Assembly: GCF_000315625.1 (NCBI RefSeq) | Contig: NW_005434419.1 | Coordinates: forward strand, 1-48,352 | Origin: Guillardia theta CCMP2712 | Lineage: Eukaryota > Protista > Cryptophyta | Length of the DNA: 48,352 bases | Direction of reading: 5' to 3' | In this document: positions 23,267-34,938 of the stretch, piece after piece | Layout of the letters: every line of letters begins with the position of its first letter | How positions within the stretch are numbered: the stretch's first letter is position 1 | Notes under the pieces: model-generated | Database searches by the model: none | Seen by the model: only the letters and a program-made list of their open reading frames with translations | Told to the model about the DNA's origin: nothing | Position numbers and translations under genes: made by a program

Positions 23267-26200
23267 ATGAGGGCACATTTCTTATACATGCAGGATTCTC
23301 GTTTGCATCCATGCAATGAACATGGTCTCGCCCAACAAATCCCCAATGCGAGTAATGGACCATTGCTCGCAAACGGAGACGGAGCCAGCGCAGGCCCTCC
23401 CGGACTCTCGTTTGCGCACGAATCCCGCGAATGGCTGAGCTTTATTCGTACAAGCTTGTTGCAGACATTCTACGGGATTTACTTCCGATCCACAACAAGG
23501 GCAGGCAACTTCCTTGGGAAGAACTCACTAATGATATTCCTGGGATCTTCGGTGGATCCTTGGATACGATACCAAGTGCTGCCGGTCCCGAGCTTGCTCA
23601 TGAGCTCTCTCTGCTTCATAGCTTCTGTGTGCTTTCTGCTGGCCATGGTGGGCAACACGTTGTATATGATGTATCATCTTTCTGAGGTGGGTAAGACTAA
23701 CCACAGACATTTCCGTCTGTCCATTGAGGAATCTTTGAAGTATGGTACTTCCGGCGTTATCGATGGAGTGACCTTCGGTCTTGTCCATGATTCTTGTGTC
23801 GTCTCCTTGCAAGGAGCCTTCAGGAAAGCTGCGGGATCCAGCATCTACCTCTCGTACCCCGAGCCCGTGGAAGCAAACGGGTTGTATATTGTTCACAACG
23901 GAACTTATCCTACTAAGTTCTTGCTGGAAGCATCTGAGGACTTGCAGACTTGGAGTGTCTACGGCGCTTCGTCCAAGCGATTCACTTGCACTGGTTTCTT
24001 CCTGCTTGACTGGGTGTATCGTCCAGACATCGCGCATGACTACACGAGGGAGTCTTCATTTGCTTCCGATGTTTGCCTGCAGCTGAGGCAGGAGGGGGAC
24101 GACTCGAACTGTGACGGTCTGATCTTCATAAGCAACGGATGGCGATGGACGATGCTCTTTCCAATAGTTGGGAACATGCTGATCATAGGGGCGCTGATAT
24201 GTTGGATTTACGTCTCAGTCAAAACAGAGTATGCCAGCGTAATGAAGTATCCCCTGTTGATCTTTTTGATCTTGTGTGCTGCGGAGTCTCTGTCTTTTGC
24301 TATCATCTGGTGTACATTGCCGACCCTGTCAGGTGTGACTCAGCCAGAGAACAGTATGTATGCATGGGTTCTCTTTGTTTTGTATCTTCTCTTAGCTGGG
24401 GCAGTCAACGTGATGTATGAAAAGTATTTCTTGTCTATTTGTATAATATTCGAAATTCTCTTCTTCATCAGCGGTTATGTCAACCTTTGGTATGTGTACG
24501 GCAACTCGGTGCCCGTTTCAGAGTATTTCTTGGCATCTGTTTATTTTGTCCTCATCGCGGGATTTTCTGCAGTCATCCATGCGAAAGGCGCCAAGAGATT
24601 GCATTTTGCAAACAAGAGGTTCGAAGGCTTTCGAACCAGAATGAGGCAGATGGTGGTTGACACCTTAGGGGATACAAACGCGAGCTCAGTGTTGGACTCA
24701 ATAGATAAAAAACTTGAGTTGCTGAGGTCCGGGAGGAGAAACACCGTAATTCAAGATTCTCCGTCCGCCATGGACCTTGGTTCAATGCGCTTCGATCTCG
24801 CAGCAACCATGGCCGACTTTGCCTCTGATGCCGTCGTATCTCAGGGGCCAAAGGACTCTCATGTCGCTTGCCTTGACCAGTTGTTCATCCAAGCAGAGAT
24901 GCTGAAGCCTTTCCTCAACGTGAAGGTGTTGGAGCTCGCGATCAGGAACGAGGGCATGTTGAAGTCAACGAGCGGGGAGTGGCTCTCTGCTCAAGAGCTC
25001 CAGAGTGACCCAGAAATCTGTTCACGGGTGAAATGGACGGAAATCAAGAGCGTTCCGCGCATTGTGAGCAAGAGCTTTTGTTCTTTGGAGGGGGATTGTT
25101 CTCGGCTGACAGACATCTGTCGGGAGAGGATAGTCTTTGAAGACTTGAAAGCAATCCGCAAGTGCCTGCTGCATATCATACAAGATCCGCAGATTGTTGT
25201 GATGTCCGGCAAAAACTCGATGAAAGATTGCCTCACGTCTACTCACGAGTATCATGTCGGCATTGTACTGTCAGTTCGCCTCGCCATGCCGCAGACTCAC
25301 AGTCTTGGAATTTCGCGCCATGCGTGTGAGGTTCAACTCATGCTCCGGAAGTTTGCAGAGTCGCAAGATTCGACAAGTCATGAAGACTACGTCGCATACA
25401 GGTATGAGCAATGGCATGCTCGCACTTGTTCTATGTTTGACCTTGATGTGCAGGAATGCTTTTGACAGTCAGAAAACACGGGTGTTCTTTGACTTCAAGA
25501 AGACTCTGTCCTATTGTGGCAAAGCGCACAAGTATGCAAGCAGAGGCCCCACGTCTTCAGTCGCGAGTGAAACTCGAAACGCCGATGTTTCCCACCCGTT
25601 GCTGGAGGAAAGCGAACACTGGGTTGAGAGGTTCTGTAGATCGCGGGCCTGCCATGCAGGCAATGTGGTCAGCTCCCAGCTGTCTGTCATTCACGAAGCA
25701 ATAGCGCGAGCAAGCTACAGCAGCTGCTTCTTCACCTCAACTCCCATCGCTGCTGCTCTGTGCAAGCCCGTGTTCCAGATGCTGTTCTGCTTGATAGGTC
25801 TGGTGTACTTCATTCAGGTCGGCTTCATCGTTTACGGCTACATGCACTCGGCACTCTTCGAGTACAAGGACTTCGTCTTCACAGTGAAGCAATTTGACGG
25901 AGCCCCTCTCAACGAGGGGAACTTCACCCTCTCCTCGTTCGGGCTGCTGAGGAGGGGATGCAGGGTAGCGTCCGCATCTCGGATCGTGCAGACAAGTCAA
26001 GTCTCTGCAGCGATCTCCATGAAGTCGTCGATGGTTGCCGACGGGTGGTACTACGAGCTGCCAGCAGGGACCAAGTCCTCTGATATCCCGATCTCCTTCC
26101 GCTTGGAAGGATCGCAGGACGGGAGGAGCTGGAGCCTTGCTGGAGCCTCGTCCTTCATCACAGGGGAGGCTGGCTGGGTTGCTCTGTCCGCAAGGCCCAA

Positions 26201-28236
26201 TGGGAACCTGAGGAACAAGTGGGGATATCAGTATAACTACATCCCGCCGACCATATGGCTTGTCTCGTGGCTGTTCTCCTACTTCCTGAGCGGGGTCTTG
26301 TACTGGATTGCAGCGTTATCGTCCGTCCTCCATCTGTCTGTGTACGTCAAGCACATCGGAGGAATGGGATACCTCTTCGACGTCATCCTCACCTTGCTCC
26401 CCATCCCATGGCTGGTGGAGCAAGGGAACTCGGACGCAGCCATAGATTTCTTCTTGAGGGGAACGTGCTGGATCATGATCGGGTACTTCATCAGGTTTGC
26501 AGAGGCCTACTGGGTCATCGTGAGTGCGTTCGTCGGGATGTACTTCATGGGGGTCGAAATGATCATCATGTTCCTCATCCACGAGGACTCTCGGAACTTC
26601 TGGTTCCAGTTCCTAACCTCCTCCTTCATACAGTTCGGATCAGTGATGTTCCTCTTCGGAGTCTTGTCCATCGGTGCTCGCTGGCGCTTCCTGCTGAAGG
26701 CTGAAGAGTTGATCAGAGGGGACAGAGACAGCTACATGCACTGCTGGGAGAGGCTGTACGAGGACGAGTCCAACGTCGTCCACATGGACAACCTGCAAGC
26801 CATTGCCGACGCCGTCTCCTCCAAGGAGCGGATCCGCCAGCGGGTCCCTGTGGACATCGAGCAAGCTTGGAAGGACGTCGGCTTCCACGTCCCCTGCCGG
26901 AGGAACGACGTCATCACTCGCATCCATTCCTTGCTACATCCTGCTAGGCCTCAGTTCGAGGACGTGGAGTGTTTGGATCAGCTGCTCGCGCAAGCGGAGG
27001 GTCTCGACTCGTCGATGCGATTCCTTTGCCAGCGGTGGGCGGCAGCAACCAACGGATGCTTCCCGATGCAAGGTCCCCCACTCTCCTGCTCGCTCCTGCT
27101 CGCTCCTGCTCGCTCCTGCTCGCTCCTGCTCGCTCCTGCTCGCTCCTGCTCGCTCCTGCTCGCTCCTGCTCGCTCCTGCTCGCTCCTGCTCGCTCCTGCT
27201 CGCTCCTGCTCGCTCCTGCTCGCTCCTGCTCGCTCCTGCTCCCTCCTGCTCCCTCCTGCTCCCTCCTGGTCCTTCCCTCCCTCTCCTCCCGTCTCACCGT
27301 CCTCCTGTCCCCCACTCTTCCCCATCGACCGTCACCCGTGCATGACCAGTCGCCTGCAGGCAAGACATTCATGCGGTGGACGGAAGTGCTCGAGAAGAGG
27401 ATGACGGATCAAGTCCAGTGGGCCAAGATCAAGAGGCCGCTGAGGATAATCGAGAAGACCCTGCGCTCCTACCGCCACGACCCGAGCTACCTCTGCGACA
27501 TCTGCAGGCAGTGTATCGTTTTCGAGACCATGGAAGACCTTGTGAGATGCGTTCAACAAGTGATCTCAGACGAGGTCAGTCTCTTGCTCTTGCTCTTGCT
27601 CTTGCTCTTGCTCTCCGTCTGTCTCCACCTCCACCTCCACCTCCACCACCTCCACCTCTACCTCTTTCCTATCTCGTTCCCTTTCTCTTCCTCTTCCTCT
27701 ATCCGCCTCCAGCTCTGTCCCCCGCTCAACCTGCATGCAGGACGTTGTGGTGGAGAGGATCAAGAACAGGTTCGTCGCTCTCAATCGTGGATCGAAGCAT
27801 ACCCTTCAGTGAGTTTGCTGTCCCTCCCGCTGCTCCGCTTCCCTTTCCTCTGCTCATCACTTCCTTTCTCCTCCCTCCTCCTTCTTGAACTCGCTCCTTG
27901 CGATTCTCACACCCTCTCTGTGTTCTCCTCTCCCTCTCCCTCTCCCTCTCCCTCTCCCTCTCCTGCTCCCCCCTCCCTGCATCCGACATCTCCGCACCTC
28001 CTCCTCTTCCCGCTCTGACCGATCCTCCTTGCAGGAAGGAGACATACAACTCCCTGCACAGCACCGGCTACAGAGACGTCATGGTCAACATCCGGGTCGT
28101 CTCCGACCGAGCGAAGCAGCTGGGGCTGTCCTGGCACATTTGCGAGCTGCAGCTCCTGCTGCTGGACTATGCCAAGATCAAGAGCGAGCTGGGGCACTCG
28201 CGGTACATCCAGTGGAGGAATACGAGGGGGGAGTGA
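23267..28236 (+). CDS. ~1,400-aa membrane protein with two tandem modules [TM - discoidin/F5-8C-like loop - 5 TM - RelA/SpoT-like nucleotidyltransferase]; exons 23267-25401, 25454-27072, 27360-27574, 27741-27769 (or -27808), 28035-28236; start uncertain
   Basis: All four introns are GT-AG and keep the frame (4200 or 4239 nt CDS). The modules share PTKFLLEASEDLQTW..GASS/PISFRLEGSQDGRSW..GASS, CLDQL..QAE, W..IK...RI..K, L.DICR..IVF, CE[VL]QL and H..Y...RN. Module 2 carries KNR...GYRDVMVN...ICELQL, matching RelA/SpoT synthetase-like motifs. Confidence 0.8.
27083..27270. repeat. 10-bp minisatellite (CTCGCTCCTG)n inside intron 27073-27359
   Basis: Visible directly; it explains the spurious LLLAPARSCS repeats in the ORF track. 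Confidence 0.95.
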
Positions 28237-28992
28237 TGGCAGGGCACTTGTATCATAACTGTGTACATATGTACTCTTATTCTTTCCTTGCATGGCAGCG
28301 CCGTGGGGGCGGTGAGGTATACGATGTGAAGGTGAAGTAAAGGAGGAATGGTAGAGATCAAATGAATGGTTTCAAGGCGTGCACGTTGGTTGTTTCTTGC
28401 TCTGATCTTCTCCTGCCTGCTCCTCCGTGCTCTCCTCTCCTGCTATCTCCTTGCTTCTTCGTTGTTCCAGTCATCGTCTCGCCCTCCTCCTCCTCCTCCC
28501 CCCCCCCCCACTTCCCCCCTCCTTCCTCCCCAGCCCATATTCCCGGGGCTCCGTCTTTTCTCTGCCCGACCTGCGGTAAAGCCACAAACCTGAAATTCCC
28601 GCCAAAGCAGTCGCCGCATGGCGGAGGCGGCGAAGGCGGGAGGGGAGCGATGAGGAGAGAGCGAGTGTAGAGTGGCAGGGGGACGGAGGAGAGGGAGACG
28701 GGGAAAGGACGAGAGGACGAGAGGAGGAGAGGAGGAGAGGTAGAGAGGTGAAGAGGTGAAGAGGGGAAGAGGTGAAGAGGAGAGGAGAGAGAAGAGGAGA
28801 GCGGGAGACAGGAATGGGGGAGATGGGGAGACAGGAAGGGAGGGCGATGGAGGAGGAGAGAAGTAGGGGTAGGAGGAAGGGTGTGGTTTTCTGGAGCCTG
28901 ATGAAACCTATTCTCAGCTGCAAACTTTTAGATACGAGGAAGGGCCAGGAGGGCATCAGACTAACAAGATGAAGAGATGAAGAGATGAAGAG

Positions 28993-29913
28993 ATGATGGC
29001 GTCTCAGTCAAGCTTCTTCGCCAAGACTGACAACACCAACACCATCGTCGCCATGTTGTCCTCCATCCACCTCAGGAGGGACATCGTGAGACCGCTGCAT
29101 TGTGCGCCTCCCCGCTGACCCTCCTGCAGGAGGCCTACTGCCTGATAGACGCGCATGGGATCAGGTTCACAGTGGAGAAGGGGAGGTGCATGCAGTCCAA
29201 CGTGTACATGAAGAAGGAGCTCTTCACAAGGTTTGAGTGCGACAGGCGCCATGAGTTCGGCATCAACCTCTCCCTCCTCCTCGACTGTCTCAAGGTCCTT
29301 GGCCATGCCGATGCTGCCGACATGGTCTCGCTGCAGCTGAGCTACGCAGGGGAAGGCAGACCCTTCCTCGTGCAGATGGTCGAGGGCTCAGGTGGTTTGT
29401 GCTGCGCTGCATGGCTCGTCTGACGTCGCCGCAGTCGTGAGCTCCAGCGGAGTTCAACCAACCATGGTCAAGGAGCCGACGGACTTCTGCTGGAGCAACA
29501 GCTCGTCCAGGAACATGATCATCCTCCGTTCCCTCGCTCTGCGCGAGGCCTTTGCCGAGCTCAGCCTGTGGGGAGAGCAGCTTGAGATCTGCATGCAGCC
29601 GGTGGGGAACGCGGCCATGGGCTCAAGCGCCATGGCGGCGCTGAAGCTCAAGGCGACCGGGGAGCAGGGATCGTGCGAGGTCGAGCTGAACACAGCGTGT
29701 GAAGCTGTGAAGTCAGCGGACCTGCGGCAGGAGACGCATCACTCGTACCGGTTCTCCCTCCTCCAGCCGCTTGTGAAGGCGCTGGCGCTGTCGGAGACAG
29801 TCTGCCTCAAAGTGAACGAGCTAGGGATGCTGCACATGCAGCTGATGATACAGAAGGAAAGCGCGATAAGCACGTTCGTGGAGTTTCTGGTGTGTGCGGA
29901 TGTGGAGGATTGA
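28993..29913 (+). CDS. RAD1: RAD1 subunit of the 9-1-1 DNA-damage checkpoint clamp, 3 exons
   Basis: FFAKTDNTNTIVAMLSSIHL|EAYCLIDAHGIRFTVEKGRCMQSNVYMKKELFTRF...FGINLSLLLDCLKVLG...LSYAGEGRPF...|LREAFAEL...ATGEQGSCEVEL...HSYRFSLLQPLVKALALSETVCLKVNELGMLHMQLMI...TFVEFLV: the Rad1/Rec1 family pattern. Confidence 0.9.
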
Positions 29914-30267
29914 AGACGAGGGGGAAAGGAGGACGAGTGGGAAAGGAAGGGAGGGAGACGAAGGGAGGGAGGGAAGAGGAGGGAGATGGGAGGGAGGGAG
30001 AACCAGGGCAGGAGGAAGACGATCAGGACTGAAAGCAGCGAGATGAAGGGAGCGGGAAGTGCGCTCATGCGAGGAGGAAGTAAGGGTGCGTGAGCAAACA
30101 AGTCAATATAAAGCTGTTTATTTGTGCACCAAAGGATTGATTTTCAGGATCAAAGAGCAACAAGCATAAGGAGTCGGAGAAGTAGAGGAGGAGGAGGAGG
30201 AGGAGGAGGAGGAGGAGGAGGAGGAGCAGGAGGTGGTGGTGGAGGAGGAAGAGGAAGAGGAGAAGGA

Positions 30268-32296
30268 TCATCTGCACAGGTCAATCCAGGCAACGTGCTG
30301 GTTCCTCTCCTCGTCCTTCATCCTCAGCAGCCGACCTCTCTGCTCCCTGCACTCACTCATGATGCTGTCGAGAGTTCGGAGAAGTTCCTCCCTCTCCCTG
30401 TCGTCCCTTCTCAGACGCTCCTCCTCCTCCTTCATCCTCCTCCTCAACCGAGCCAACCGCTCGTCGAGATCCTCCACCTTGTCTCGGACAGGAGCTAGCT
30501 CCAGCTCTACAGCAGGGCCCTGGTGTTGGGAGATCGCTGTCGAGGAGCAGAAGTCAGTGAGCGGGAGTATGCGCAGAGGGGTCCTACCTGCTGCTTTGGT
30601 GGGTAGAGCAGGGAGGGAGGAGGACGGGAACTGGTCCTGCCTTGCTGCTGGCATGCCTGCCGTGGGCCCTGCTCCCTGCAACCCGTTGGCGGGAGGCTTC
30701 GGAGGAGATGATGACAGGAGGAGGTCGAAGGAGGAAGGATCTGCCCTGCTTCCTGCGTGCGATCCTTCCAGCAGCTCTCCCATCAGGTCCGGCTGTCCTG
30801 CTCCACCTGGGGCCGCGAGCTTCCCCTGCTCCTCCTTGACAAGATCCTGGAAAGGGTCCCAGGCTTTCTGCTCCTTCACCTGTACAGGGGGGGACGCAAG
30901 GAGTTGAAACCTCCCGTTCGGCGCTGCGGCAGTTCTTCCGTCCTGCTCCTTCTCGTCCTTCTCGTCCTGTTTCTCCTTCACCTGCTCCTTTGTCTTTTCC
31001 TTGTCCTGCTCGTTCGCCTGCTCCTTGTCCTGTGGCTGCATCTTCCATGCATCTTGTTCGCCCGAGATGATTGCGTCGTCCTGAATTACAGGCGAAAGAT
31101 GCGACGGGGCGGCAGGAGCAGCGAAGGATGGAGAGGAGGAAGGGATGGAAGTGGAAGACGGAGGAGGAGAGGTAGGAAGAGGAGGCTGGGTCCGGGGGGG
31201 GGAAGCAGCTACAGGAGGAGGAACAGGAGGAGGAGCAGGAGGGGGGGAGTTGGAGTGGGTGGCGCCTGGGAAGGAGAACAGATCCTCTCCCTGTCCCTCC
31301 TGATTCGTCTCGAAGCTCTCGAGGAGGTCACGCTGAGCAGCAATAGGATGCGGAGGCCCTGCAGCTGGGAAACTTTCCGTGCTGCCCCCCAGCAGGTCCA
31401 AAAGTTCCCCCGCCTCTGCCCTTGGTGCCTTCCCCCCTGGGAGAGGAGGAGAGGTCGCTGGCTTCGGAGGAGGAGGAGGGCTCCTCTTCGGCGGGGTAGT
31501 CGGAGGAGGCTTCTTGGGAGGAGGAGAGCTTGCGGCGAGCTCGGAGGGTGGCTGAGCCTCTGGGGAGGAAAGGAATTTCTGGTCAACGGAAGGACGAGAG
31601 AAGGTTGACGGAGATGAAGAGGAGGCAGCAGGGGAGGAGGACAGGGGAGGAGGCGAGGATGGAACAGGAGGGGGAGAGGAGAGGGCAGGAGGGAGCTCGA
31701 AGCCGAACATGCCATCCGTTGGAGGAGCAGAACGATGCTGTTCGAACGCAGGAGGAGGAGGGAACTGGGAGAAGAGGTCCCCTCCCTGGGAGGAGGATAC
31801 CGCTGAGCCCTCTCCCTGCTCGGGGAGGAAGGAGGCTGACGGCTCTTGGGAGGAGGAAGGGAGCTGTTGCGATGAGCTGCTCCCGAACGGATCCCAAACT
31901 TCCTCCCCCTTCGCATCCTTCTTGGCTGGAGAGAGCCCGCCCGCCGTGCTGGACATCGGCTGCTGAAAGTCAGCGGGTGGGAAGGAGGAGGAGAAGGAGG
32001 TGACTTGGTCTTCCTGTACCAGGGAGGCGAAAGGGTCCTGCAGATTGCTGTTCGGGGAGGCAGGAGCGAAGGAGGATGAAGGGTCCTCGATGTCGGGAGC
32101 GGCGAAGGAAGTCCACTGGGAAGAGAGCTTGCTGCCTCCTGCGAAGTGATCGTCTCCCTCCTGCGCAGAGCTGTTGGTGGCGTCCTCGAACCCCGAGGGG
32201 GAGGGCAGGACGTGAGGAGGAGAGGAGGGCGCGATCTTGGTGTGCTCCTCCACCAATAGCGCGTCGAAGGCGCCGAGGAGAGGGGAGGGTGAAACA

Positions 32297-32334
<38 letters not shown>

Positions 32335-34938
32335 GTCATGCAGTTTCCTTTGCTCATGGCCAGTAGCCCCTCCCCCTCTGTCCTTGCTATCGCTGTCAGC
32401 CATGGAGCCGAGCAGCTCGTGGGGACTGGGGAGAGGAGCAACGATCGATCCCCCGTGATGATCGTCGTGGACAGGCTTGTGCGGTGAGGAGGAGGAGGAG
32501 GAGGAGGAGACATCGAGGTCAGCAGGGGGGAGGACGAGGCTCGCCGGAAGCTCCTCCCCCTTCCTCCTGCTGATGATAAGATGCATGGCGACGGCGAACT
32601 CCCGCGCATCCAGCATCCCGTCCTTGGTCAGGTCCGAGAGGTCCCAGATCCTCCTGAGCTCCTGCACGGGGAGGCCGGACTCAGCAAGGATGGGACGCGC
32701 CTGCTGCCCGGAGAGGTGGAGGGAAGAGCCGGCGAGGGCCCGAAACCTCCTCGTGTAGTTCGCGAGCTCCATCTGAGACAGCCCGATCGTCCGCATCAGC
32801 CGAGAGAACCGAGGAGACACGGCTCCTTCTCCTGCTCCTTCTCCTGCTCCTGCTCCTGCTTCAGCGCTGCTGCGGATCCCATCCTGGCTGGACCTCTGGC
32901 TTGCTTCACCATGGCTGCTGTCTCCTACTTTGTTCGGCACGTCCTTTCTGTCCTGAAAGGAGGAAGCAACAACACTGGCAGAGCGAACAGCTTCATCGAG
33001 CTCAGTGGATGCACGAGGAGCAGGAACGGTTGCAGCGAGCGCGGGGGAGCTCCCCTCCTTCACACCCGGTACCTCGAGGTGGAGCAGTTGCTGGGGGAGG
33101 GAGGTGGGAAGGACGCCATCTTTCTTCCGGATCTCGATCAGGTGCATGGCGACGGCGAACTCCCGCGCATCCAGCATCCCGTCCTTGGTCAGGTCCGAGA
33201 GGTCCCAGATCCTCCTGAGCTCCTGCACGGGGAGGCCGGACTCAGCAAGGATGGGACGCGCCTGCTGCCCGGAGATGAAGCCGTCATGATCTGAGTCGTG
33301 CTGATGGAAGAGCGCAATGTAGGAGGCGACTTGCGGCGGGTGGAGCGCGGGGACCAGCTGAGGGTGAGGAGGGGGCTGGCTGACGACCACAGAGGAGGAG
33401 CTGCTGCCGGCAGAGGAGGTGGGCTCTAGAGCGGGGGAGATGGCAGGGAGCGAGGAAGAGGAGGAGGGAGGAAAGTTCGGGGTGGATACCATGGCGGGGC
33501 TGGGGGGAGCTGGTCTGCGAGAGAAGTGAGAGCGAGACCAGGCACGAGGAAGGGAGGAGGGAAGCGGCTTCTCCCTCCTCGCCATCCCCATCAGATGCTG
33601 CGCTATGGCGAACTCATGCGCGTCGAGCTTCCCGTCCTTGGACTCGTCCGCCAGGTCCCACACAAGCCTGAGGGTCGAAGTGGAGAGCCCTGACTGCATC
33701 AGGAGCTGCTTCGCCTGCCTGCCATCCAGGTAGCCTGTCCTCCCTTCGTCGATGGCCTCGAACACCTTGCAGTGCTCTTCGTACTCTGCCATGGTGAGCT
33801 CGACGTCTGCCCCACCTTCCTCGCGCTCCGCTGCCATGCTCTTGGGCGATGGGAGAGGATTATGCAGCGGGAGGACTTCGCCCATGACGTAGTCCGAGCT
33901 CGACGTGGTGCGAGAGGTCCTGTCCTGCTCCTCTGAGCCCCGCAGGAACTGAGAGGACGTGAAGGTCGCGGCGTGAGGAGCAAAAGTGGAGCTGAAGGTG
34001 TTCGTGCTTCCTGCTCCTGCCATGACGGTGGCGGGGGGAGCTGGGGGCTGGGCTGAGCTGCCGGCAGGTTGGTTGGCGAAGGCGGGGAAGGGGAAGTCAC
34101 CCTGGAAGCTGGAGCAGACGCTCATGGTGGGCTCGTACTGGTTCTGAGCAAGAGAGATGAGCCTGAGGGCGAGGAAGAAGCCGTCCTGCAGGAGGTCGAT
34201 CAGCAGGGGGAGGCAGAGGGGAGGGAGGGGAGGGAGGGAGGGAGGGAGGGAGGGAGGGGGAGGGGGGGGNNNNNNNNNNNNNNNNNNNNNNNNNNNNNNN
34301 NNNNNNNNNNNNNNNNNNNNNNNNNNNNNNNNNNNNNNNNNNNNNNNNNNNNNNNNNNNNNNNNNNNNNGATTATGCTTGATTATGCGGGAAAAAACTAC
34401 GGATCAAGGAGCAGGAGGGAAACGATCTTCGCTGCTTGGTTTCCCGGAGCTCGCAGGAGGAGGTGCAAGGATATCAGGGCCCGTGGCCGCCACTTTCTTC
34501 AAGAAATCCGGTCTTCCCACACTGACTCTCAAGAAGGTAGTTTGCTCCTCCTCCTCCTCCTCCTCCTCTCCCTTCTATTATTGATGCTCAACCTGACTTG
34601 TTGTATGTAGATCTGGGACATTGTTGATACAGGGGGGGGGGGAATCACCAAGTCGATGCTTCCCATCCGCGCTGTATCAACAATGTCCCAGATCTACATA
34701 CAACAAGTCAGGTTGAGCATCAATAATAGAAGGGAGAGGAGGAGGAGGAGGAGGAGGAGCAAACTACCTTCTTGAGAGTCAGTGTGGGAAGACCGGATTT
34801 CTTGAAGAAAGTGGCGGCCACGGGCCCTGATATCCTTGCACCTCCTCCTGCGAGCTCCTGGAACCGAGCAGCGAAGATCGTTTCCTCCTGCTCCTTGATC
34901 CGTAGCTTTTCCCGCATGGAGGTAAACAGCCCGCTCAT
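30268..34938 (-). CDS. Eps15/Ede1/intersectin-like endocytic adaptor with four EH domains, DPF motifs, a Pro-rich region and a C-terminal coiled coil
   Basis: EH1 is split over exons (ISGPVAATFFKKSGLPTLTLKK|IWDIVDTARMGSIDL|DGFFLALRLISLAQN). EH2-4 lie in the large ORF (SGLSTSTLRLVWDLADESKDGKLDAHEFAIA; twice SGLPVQELRRIWDLSDLTKDGMLDAREFAVAMHLI). QDPF/WDPF motifs are present. Confidence 0.88.

Noticed and set aside
25254-25465. Programmed frameshift or pseudogene frameshift between the two membrane ORFs
   Set aside because: A canonical 52-nt GT-AG intron restores the frame and the repeated H..Y...RN motif.
28362-28670. ORF with CPTCG (possible zinc knuckle)
   Set aside because: A single CxxC in low-complexity intergenic sequence, with no partner motif or exon chain.
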